Source: an uncultured Pseudobdellovibrionaceae bacterium (GTDB lineage Bacteria; Bdellovibrionota; Bdellovibrionia; Bdellovibrionales; JAGQZY01). Taken from it: a stretch of DNA of 64,000 bases. Below are positions 57,310 through 64,000 of the stretch, in pieces. Both the position numbers and the translations under genes were made by a program. Location: the NCBI GenBank assembly GCA_964400355.1, contig CAYNTO010000013.1:8041-72040 (forward strand), read 5' to 3'. A model generated the notes under the pieces. It ran no database searches. It worked only from the letters and a program-made list of their open reading frames with translations, and was not told the origin of the DNA. Every line of letters starts with the position of its first letter. Within the stretch, counting starts at the first letter, position 1.

Positions 57310-58426
57310 CCTCGATAAAATCACGCGGCACTTTGAGCACGTCTACATCGACAAAAAAAGCGTGGCCTCGCAAGTGGCCGCGCGTGCGCTCGATGCGTTT
57401 CCAGCAAATAAGGTTTCCATCATCGACGGCAAGCCCGATATAAAATCGTCTGGCGATTTTACCGGCGAAGAGTATGCGCGCAGTAAAAAATTACTCTACA
57501 TCACCGAGCATCCAGGCTTTTTCTTTAAACGCTGCCCGGGAGCGAAAAAAGGTTTGGCCTGCTGCAATTATTTTGTTTTAAACCTGGGCCTCCAATGCGA
57601 CATGGATTGCTCCTACTGTTACCTCCAGTCGTTCATAAATACGCCCTACACGCTTATTTACTCGAACATTGATCAAGCTCTGCTAGAGCTCGATGGCATC
57701 TACAAAGACCTCGGCAATTCCCCCGTGCGCATCGGTACGGGTGAGGTGATCGATAGCTTAAGCCTTGATCCGCTCACACTCTATTCGCGAACGCTGATGG
57801 ATTTTTTTAAAGACAAACCGCAATGGCGATTAGAATTTAAAACCAAATCCGATCACGTGGATCAATTTATCGATGAATCCCACGCCGGCAACGTGATTGT
57901 GAGTTGGTCCATCAATCCTCAATACATTGTTAGTAAAGAAGAACACCGTACCGCGCCTTTGGCCAATCGCCTCGACGCCGCCAAACGCTGCCTCGATCGC
58001 GGGTTCCAAATCGCCTTCCATGTGGATCCGGTGATTTGGCACGAGCAGTGGAAGCACAATTACACGCTCCTCATCGACGAGATCACAACCCGCTTTAAAC
58101 CCACCGATATGCCGTATATTTCGCTGGGAAGTTTACGCTTTAAATCAGAACAAAAAGATATTATGCGCGAGCGCTTCGGCATGGACAGCCTGGTCACCAA
58201 GGCCGAGATGTTCTCCGGTGCCGCAGGCAAAATGCGCTACGATCAAGCGCTGCGCGAAGAAATGTTCCAATTTATCATTAGCGAATTCAAACGCCGCGAT
58301 CCCCAGTGGAAGATTTTTCTTTGCATGGAAACGCCCGAGACGTGGATCAATGCCACCGGTGAGCTCCCTGTTAAAAAAGACGAATTGCGTTCGCTGTTTA
58401 AGCCGATCGCCACCACGGGCGCTTAA
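57302..58426 (+). CDS. spore-photoproduct-lyase-family radical SAM protein
   Basis: CDMDCSYCYLQ (CxxxCxxC) cluster. SplB-like length and layout. Confidence 0.82.
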   Translation: MSSLDKITRHFEHVYIDKKSVASQVAARALDAFPANKVSIIDGKPDIKSSGDFTGEEYARSKKLLYITEHPGFFFKRCPGAKKGLACCNYFVLNLGLQCDMDCSYCYLQSFINTPYTLIYSNIDQALLELDGIYKDLGNSPVRIGTGEVIDSLSLDPLTLYSRTLMDFFKDKPQWRLEFKTKSDHVDQFIDESHAGNVIVSWSINPQYIVSKEEHRTAPLANRLDAAKRCLDRGFQIAFHVDPVIWHEQWKHNYTLLIDEITTRFKPTDMPYISLGSLRFKSEQKDIMRERFGMDSLVTKAEMFSGAAGKMRYDQALREEMFQFIISEFKRRDPQWKIFLCMETPETWINATGELPVKKDELRSLFKPIATTGA

Positions 58427-58446
58427 AATTTTTAAACCAGTTTGGA

Positions 58447-61400
58447 TTATTCCCACACCATGAGCGTGCGCGGAGCAGATCCCCATGAGGCCGTTAAGGT
58501 TCCACTATTTGTAGCCCACTGCACTTTGATAGTGTGTGATCCGGCAGACAATGTTTCCATGTACTGAAGGTGCGCATTCTTAACGTCATTGCTTCCCGTA
58601 TACTGCAGCGTTTGATCAAGTTTTGCCACGCCGTCGATCACAATCCTAAACGTAGCTATGGCCGATGCCGTATTGTTGTATGTCGGAATGACCGCGCTGA
58701 TCATCACCGGCAAGTTCCCTGTCGTTACCGTAACGCTCATTCCACTTATGTCTGCCCACGTTCCTGAAGTGGTCGTTGTCACCGCTCCCACACTGGCGAA
58801 CGACCGAGCGTTCGTACTCTTGATCTTACCGTTGACTTCGAGCTTCTCCGTGGGCGCGTCAACGCCGATACCCACATTGCCGCCCATGGGATTCAGCAAC
58901 ATGTTATAAGCAACAGCGGGACTGCCGCCCATGAAGCTTGATTGTAACCATGTCGCATAGTTCGCGGTAATCCCGTAGACACCAACACTTAAACCATTGT
59001 TCCCTTCAGTTTGAATTCTGAAAAGAGAGTTGGACGGGTTATTGGTATTTAAAGTCGATAGGGTCGGCACACCAGAAGGCCCATGAACATTTAATCTAGA
59101 AAGCGGAATTGCTGTCCCGACACCCACATTTCCGGACTCGGTCATGGACATCGCGAGGACCTGAGCTGAAGAGGTGTTTTGCGTGTAAAAGCGGAAGCCC
59201 TGGGCACCTCCAGATCCTCCGTCATAGGCAACTATAGATGCACCGACGGTGGTCGTCTCACCGAAAGTGATACCGGAACTCGTGGAACCATTGGGACCAA
59301 CCCCCTGGATTCGAAGCCCGTAAAGCGAGGCATCTGTCGGTGTGTCCATCAAGGAGCTTGGATTTAGAATATGGAGTTTGTTCGCTGGAGTTGACGTACC
59401 GATACCCACACTGCCCACATTGCGGTAGGCATTTCCACCGGCCTCGAGCCATTGTGCTGCTGGGCCTTTTGCAAAGTTGAAACCCCGTCCATCCGAAACT
59501 ATTGTTGAAATGGCGCGATCACAACCAGCGATCGCATCATTGGTCACGCCACCTCCAGCATTGTAAGTGCCCAGAGGATAGTTGTATTGGTGGTAGCGAT
59601 CTCCGCCTGGTCCTGAGAATGGATCACGATAGATCACCAGCCCAAAGTGAGGACCCCAGTTTAAGTACAAAATAAGTTCGGTGCCATCAGCTTGCTTACA
59701 CTTAATAGCATCTGGCCAACCGCTGAGCATTGAATTGTTAGAACCACTCGTGGCAGATGTGGTTTGAACCGTGCCATCTGGGAATTTAATGCCGCCAGAC
59801 AAAGACTCAATAGTTCCATTCACCGTGAGCAACTGTCCCGCTGTCGCAGTGCCGATGCCCACATTGCCATTGTTATCGATGCGAATGCCCTCCGCGCCGC
59901 CGTCGTTCGAAATCCAGTGATTGGTGAGCGAAATATTTGTCGTGGCGATGTGATTTCCCATGTCGTCGGCAGATCCACCGCCACCGCTTCCACCCGTTCC
60001 ACCCGAGATCAAGAACGCTTCGAAGTGAGTGTAACCGCCACCATTGTATGTATTGTATGCGGTTCCGCTGGCCTGATAAGTGAATAGTTCTAAATAGTCT
60101 GTGGTTCCATTCATGTAGACCGTGGTGGATACGTTCGCTGAGCCGTACTCACCGTGGTTACCACCGATAAGGTTGTACTGGTAACCCGAGCCGTTTTTGT
60201 AAATGACGATGTAAGGGTTGTTCCAACCGGCATTAGGAGTATAGAGCACGCTGCCCGTAACGTGGTAATAACCCGCCTTGAGGGGAGTGAACCGATCACT
60301 TGTGAGATTAAAATAGCTATGCGTATCAAAATTTTCCGCGGAAAAATCAAGTTTGGTAAAAACCGCATGAGGAATGGATTGGGCAGAACTTGCCGTCGCA
60401 CGGAAGCCCACCTCTGTCACATCGGCCATTTTTGCCCAGGCGGAATCGCGATAAACGAAAAGGAATTTTTCGGTGGTGTCGAAAACGATCAAACCCTCAG
60501 CCGGAGAGGCGATGGCCGCGCGTTCCGCAGTGGTCATTCGCGGCGGTAAAAATCCTTTAGATGTGGAGTTTACTTGTAGTGCTGCCGAAGCCAGCGGTGC
60601 GGTTGTACCTATACCCACGCTTCCGCCCGTGGGCTGGAGAAGGACATATCCTTTAGTGGAATCGGATGTGGATTCTAGAGTGAGATTTGCACTGGCGGTA
60701 GTGCCACCGCGCAAGTTTTGACCTGAGCCGCGACCGGCAAGCAGTGCATATTGAGTGTGGTCATCATCGCCGAGACCAGTCAGGGCTCCGTGATCAGTAG
60801 CACCCACCAGATCACTGGAACATTCCCAGCGATCACTTGACGTCCACTTGAGCACAAAGCCGTCGGTACACTCCGTGCCCGCCGGCATGTATGTAAAGTA
60901 CTCTGCCGGTGCATTTGAGATTTTTCCAATGCTAATCGCATCCACATCGGCGCTCACAATCGTGCCATCAGTGATTTTGGCGCTCGTGATTCCGCCGTCT
61001 TTGACCTGCACCGTGTTCGTCGCAATTTCGATGGTAGAGTTATCGACGTTCATCGCAATACTGCGATCCGCAGAAAGGTCGCCGCCGCCAGTAAGCCCCG
61101 AGCCGGTGTTGGTGTTGATCGCGCGAGTGGACGACACATTGCCGGTATTCCAACCTGTGGAGATATCTTTACAATTTAATCCCGCCTCATCGCAAATCTG
61201 TTCGGCGCGAATGATACCGGCTATATCCAAAAGTGCGTTGGGAGTGGCTGATCCTATACCGACATTTCCGTTGGAGTCCACACGAATACCTTCTGCCCCA
61301 CCATCACCAGAAATCCAATTGTTTCCGAGAGAGATATTTTGTGCCGCTGTGTGATTGCCCAGGTTGTCACTTCCACCACCAGATGTGCCGGGCGCCACCA

Positions 61401-64000
61401 TCTCTGTAACTACAAAATGGGTATTGTAAAACGGAGTGGCCGTTCCCGTGCCAATATTGTCATCGGAAATGCGAACCCAAATTGTTTCATCGGCGGAAGG
61501 AGTATAGAACTCGAGGAGTTGAGATTTAAATCCGTAGATGGCGCTGGTGCCGCTGGTCGAAGTGTAGGCGTTCTGACCAATGCCACTTGTGCCATTCCAT
61601 AAATGGTAACCCAAATATGCGGCTCCAGTGGCGTTCAATGTGTTGACCGTAGCTTCGATACGGTAGGTTACCCCCGCCTTGAGATTGACGCCGTTAGAAG
61701 TGGTCGTAAAACCACTGTTGGAATAGATGGTGTCAAAAGCTACGATAGACGCTGAATTCACAGATTGTGGCGTGGACATACCAAGCTTGATGTATTTAAC
61801 TTCGCCCTTCAGCCCCAACCACTTACTGCCATTGTGGTAGTCCACATTACCGGTGTCGGTGTTATAAACCATCATCCCGGCTGCCGTAGGGCTTATCGCA
61901 TCACGTTGGGCTTGCGTCATTCGTGGCGGCAAGAAACCTTTCGTAGTGGAATTCACTTGCAACGCCGCAGATGCCAATGGAGACGTGGTCCCGATACCCA
62001 CCCCGCCACCGTTAGGCTGTATAAGCACGTGACCTTTTGTGGCATCGGATGTGGATTCCAAGGTAAGGTTTCCACTGGCCGCAGTTCCACCGCGTAGCAA
62101 TTGTCCCGAACCACGGCCAGCGAGCATCGCGTATTGGGTGTGGTCATCATCGCTAAGCCCCGTTAGCGCTCCATGATCTGTGACACTATTGTCTGCAGCG
62201 CATTCCCATCTGTCATTGGAAGTCCATTTGAGCACAAACCCGTCGGTGCACTCAGTACCAGCTGGCATGTAGGTGAAATACTCGGCTGGTGCGTTTGATA
62301 TTTTTCCAATGCTAATAGTGTCCACATCGGCACTCACAATCGTTCCATCAGTAATTTTTGCACTGCTCACTCCGCCGTCTTTTAATCGGAGTGCATTGGA
62401 GTTGATTTCAATTCCGGTGTTATCCACGTTCACTGCAATATTGCGATCCGCAGAAAGATCACCGCCGCCAGTGAGAGCCGAACCCGTATTTGTATTGATC
62501 GCGCGAGTGGACGCCACATTGCCGGTGTTCCAACCTGTGGAGATATCTTTACAATTTAATCCAGCCTCATCGCAGATCTGTTCGGCGCGAATGATACCTG
62601 CCACATCAAGTAGTGAATTGGGAGACGGGGTACCAATCCCCACGTTGCCAGTCGCACCGATGGCTATACCTTCAGGATCGCCATCACCGGTGAGCCAGTT
62701 GCTGCCTAAAATCAAATTTTGAGTGGCCGTGTGATTGCCGAGATGATCCGCCGCTACGGATCCTGATATGCTTGCAGATATAGAATGTATTGAAAGAGCC
62801 GCCGTTACTGTCGACTCCCCATCCAATGTGTTTGACCCCCAACTAGAGGCGGTACCATTGCCAGTAGCGTACTCCACATCAACCACATCGTTAGCTGCCA
62901 CAGTGAAAATACCCGATAAGCGGCCGTCCTGCTGACCAGCAGCTCCGTGTACCGAGGAGAATACGGTGCTTTGGATCAACGTCGCTGCTGTACCGTTCGT
63001 TTTACGCAGTCGGAACCCAAGATAACGTTCGTTGCCCCAGCCATTGGCCTTAAAATCGACGTAGTACAACCCGCCTCTTGTAAAAGTAAGTGTGGAATTC
63101 GTACGTGCTATATCTTTAGATCTTCTAGTGGTGAGCGTTATCACATTGTGAACGTCGGTCCAAGTCGTTGCAGTCCACGACATACCGCTGGTCGAGTCGG
63201 CGTAAATATATGCTAGATTATCCGTGCTTTGTAAAGATGCCCACGTGCTGTTCGCATACATAAACAATGATTTCTCATCGGTATCAAAAACTACGAGGCC
63301 GTTGGCCGGAGAACTGATCGCAACTCTCTGCGCCGACGTCATGCGCGGTGGAAGAAAACCCTTCGTGGTGGAATCCACCTGCAATGCAGCTGTCGCGACG
63401 GGTCCCGTGGTCCCGATACCCACACCGCCACCGTTAGGCTGTATGAGCACGTGACCTTTTGTAGTATCGGATGTGGATTCTAAAGTCAGGTTGCCACTGG
63501 CTGCCGTACCGCCGCGCAGGTTTTGACCTGCACCACGGCCAGCAAGTAATGCGTATTGCGTGTGATCATCGTCGCCGAGCCCAGTAAGTGCTCCGTGGTC
63601 CGTCGCACCGACGAGATCGGCCGCGCATTCCCATCTGTCGTTGGAAGTCCACTTGAGCACAAAGCCGTCGGTGCACTCAGTACCTGCTGGCATGTACGTG
63701 AAATACTCCGCCGGTGCGTTTGATATCTTTCCGATGCTGATCGCGTCCACATCGGCACTCACAATGGTGCCATCAGCAATTTTCGCACTGGTCACTCCGC
63801 CGTCTTTTAAGCGGAGTGCATTGGAATTGATTTCAATTCCGCTATTGTCGACATTCACTGCAATATTGCGATCCGCAGAAAGATCACCGCCGCCTGTGAG
63901 AGCCGAGCCGGTGTTGGTATTTATCGCGCGAGCGCTCATAACATCGCCACTACCTCCCCACCCTGTGGAGATGTCTCGGCAGTTGGATCCGGTCTCATCG
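58447..64000 (-). CDS. giant modular tail-fibre-like adhesin (5' end outside the window)
   Basis: The frame is open to position 64000. Codons upstream of the track's Met (DETGSNCRDISTGWGGSGDV) align with the internal linker DEAGLNCKDISTGWNTGNV. Recurrent fibre motifs include GNVGIGT..P, DHGALTGLGDDDHTQY, GFLPPRMT.AQR.AI and IKFPDGTVQTTS. Confidence 0.85.
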   Translation of the reverse strand, partial: DETGSNCRDISTGWGGSGDVMSARAINTNTGSALTGGGDLSADRNIAVNVDNSGIEINSNALRLKDGGVTSAKIADGTIVSADVDAISIGKISNAPAEYFTYMPAGTECTDGFVLKWTSNDRWECAADLVGATDHGALTGLGDDDHTQYALLAGRGAGQNLRGGTAASGNLTLESTSDTTKGHVLIQPNGGGVGIGTTGPVATAALQVDSTTKGFLPPRMTSAQRVAISSPANGLVVFDTDEKSLFMYANSTWASLQSTDNLAYIYADSTSGMSWTATTWTDVHNVITLTTRRSKDIARTNSTLTFTRGGLYYVDFKANGWGNERYLGFRLRKTNGTAATLIQSTVFSSVHGAAGQQDGRLSGIFTVAANDVVDVEYATGNGTASSWGSNTLDGESTVTAALSIHSISASISGSVAADHLGNHTATQNLILGSNWLTGDGDPEGIAIGATGNVGIGTPSPNSLLDVAGIIRAEQICDEAGLNCKDISTGWNTGNVASTRAINTNTGSALTGGGDLSADRNIAVNVDNTGIEINSNALRLKDGGVSSAKITDGTIVSADVDTISIGKISNAPAEYFTYMPAGTECTDGFVLKWTSNDRWECAADNSVTDHGALTGLSDDDHTQYAMLAGRGSGQLLRGGTAASGNLTLESTSDATKGHVLIQPNGGGVGIGTTSPLASAALQVNSTTKGFLPPRMTQAQRDAISPTAAGMMVYNTDTGNVDYHNGSKWLGLKGEVKYIKLGMSTPQSVNSASIVAFDTIYSNSGFTTTSNGVNLKAGVTYRIEATVNTLNATGAAYLGYHLWNGTSGIGQNAYTSTSGTSAIYGFKSQLLEFYTPSADETIWVRISDDNIGTGTATPFYNTHFVVTEMVAPGTSGGGSDNLGNHTAAQNISLGNNWISGDGGAEGIRVDSNGNVGIGSATPNALLDIAGIIRAEQICDEAGLNCKDISTGWNTGNVSSTRAINTNTGSGLTGGGDLSADRSIAMNVDNSTIEIATNTVQVKDGGITSAKITDGTIVSADVDAISIGKISNAPAEYFTYMPAGTECTDGFVLKWTSSDRWECSSDLVGATDHGALTGLGDDDHTQYALLAGRGSGQNLRGGTTASANLTLESTSDSTKGYVLLQPTGGSVGIGTTAPLASAALQVNSTSKGFLPPRMTTAERAAIASPAEGLIVFDTTEKFLFVYRDSAWAKMADVTEVGFRATASSAQSIPHAVFTKLDFSAENFDTHSYFNLTSDRFTPLKAGYYHVTGSVLYTPNAGWNNPYIVIYKNGSGYQYNLIGGNHGEYGSANVSTTVYMNGTTDYLELFTYQASGTAYNTYNGGGYTHFEAFLISGGTGGSGGGGSADDMGNHIATTNISLTNHWISNDGGAEGIRIDNNGNVGIGTATAGQLLTVNGTIESLSGGIKFPDGTVQTTSATSGSNNSMLSGWPDAIKCKQADGTELILYLNWGPHFGLVIYRDPFSGPGGDRYHQYNYPLGTYNAGGGVTNDAIAGCDRAISTIVSDGRGFNFAKGPAAQWLEAGGNAYRNVGSVGIGTSTPANKLHILNPSSLMDTPTDASLYGLRIQGVGPNGSTSSGITFGETTTVGASIVAYDGGSGGAQGFRFYTQNTSSAQVLAMSMTESGNVGVGTAIPLSRLNVHGPSGVPTLSTLNTNNPSNSLFRIQTEGNNGLSVGVYGITANYATWLQSSFMGGSPAVAYNMLLNPMGGNVGIGVDAPTEKLEVNGKIKSTNARSFASVGAVTTTTSGTWADISGMSVTVTTGNLPVMISAVIPTYNNTASAIATFRIVIDGVAKLDQTLQYTGSNDVKNAHLQYMETLSAGSHTIKVQWATNSGTLTASWGSAPRTLMVWE
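59800..61134 (-). repeat. fibre module 3 (conserved stalk, variable head 60001-60471, diverging linker)
   Basis: The stalk is about 85-90% identical at protein level to modules 1 and 2. The linker diverges after GNVGIGTATAGQLL and leads into a unique ~450-aa C-terminal region with a fourth head (58450-58806). Confidence 0.8.
61135..62514 (-). repeat. fibre module 2 (460 codons; variable head 61375-61851)
   Basis: Same stalk and linker as modules 1 and 3, e.g. a 41-nt identical run TTCACTGCAATATTGCGATCCGCAGAAAGATCACCGCCGCC in 62428-62470 and 63854-63894. Confidence 0.85.
62515..63939 (-). repeat. fibre module 1 (475 codons: conserved stalk, variable head 62752-63273, conserved linker)
   Basis: Counted from the translation. 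The stalk and linker are near-identical to module 2, while the head is unrelated in sequence. Confidence 0.85.

Noticed and set aside
58447-63939. Regular ~1.4-kb periodicity considered as a CRISPR-like or non-coding satellite array
   Set aside because: The repeats are in one continuous open reading frame with coherent protein motifs, and the period is far larger than CRISPR units. They are coding modules.

Overview
The window holds about 60 genes. Most are core housekeeping genes of a Gram-negative, flagellated bacterium with roughly 50% GC. The gene content suggests a Bdellovibrio-like or Oligoflexia-type lineage (TsaP-like LysM protein, AgmX-like C-terminus, S8 protease, giant fibre protein). 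That lineage call is inference only.

Recognisable blocks:
- mreC-mreD-PBP2-rodA
- trxA
- dprA, a LysM protein and a split comEC
- ald
- lpxC-ruvB-ruvA-ruvC
- efp
- a TPR gene, TamB-like and Omp85-family operon
- nrdR-nusB-(unknown)-ppsR
- rsmB
- a LysR regulator divergent from an S8 protease
- HIT-epimerase-rhomboid-(small)-fliL
- rpsA
- gap-pgk-tpiA-ilvA-cmk
- tmk-holB and tatD
- secG
- an SPL-type radical SAM gene

I recognised no rRNA, tRNA, CRISPR array, transposase, integrase or prophage gene.

Two things stand out:
1. Two ~140-nt hairpin elements (36674-36817 and 37002-37142) share a conserved GC-rich core in opposite orientation. Their ~40-bp stems are unrelated in sequence but each is self-complementary. 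The only four core differences are two compensatory base-pair swaps. This points to a structured element family that I cannot assign to any known class.
2. A fibre gene of more than 1850 aa (58447 to the window end, truncated) is built from ~1.4-kb tandem modules. Each module joins a near-identical stalk to a different jelly-roll-like head.

Secondary observations include a ComEC split at an ATGA overlap, a REC plus J-domain hybrid, tandem secreted paralogues, and a GlyGly-CTERM-like anchored protein near a rhomboid protease. All family assignments rest on motifs read from the translations. No database search was run.
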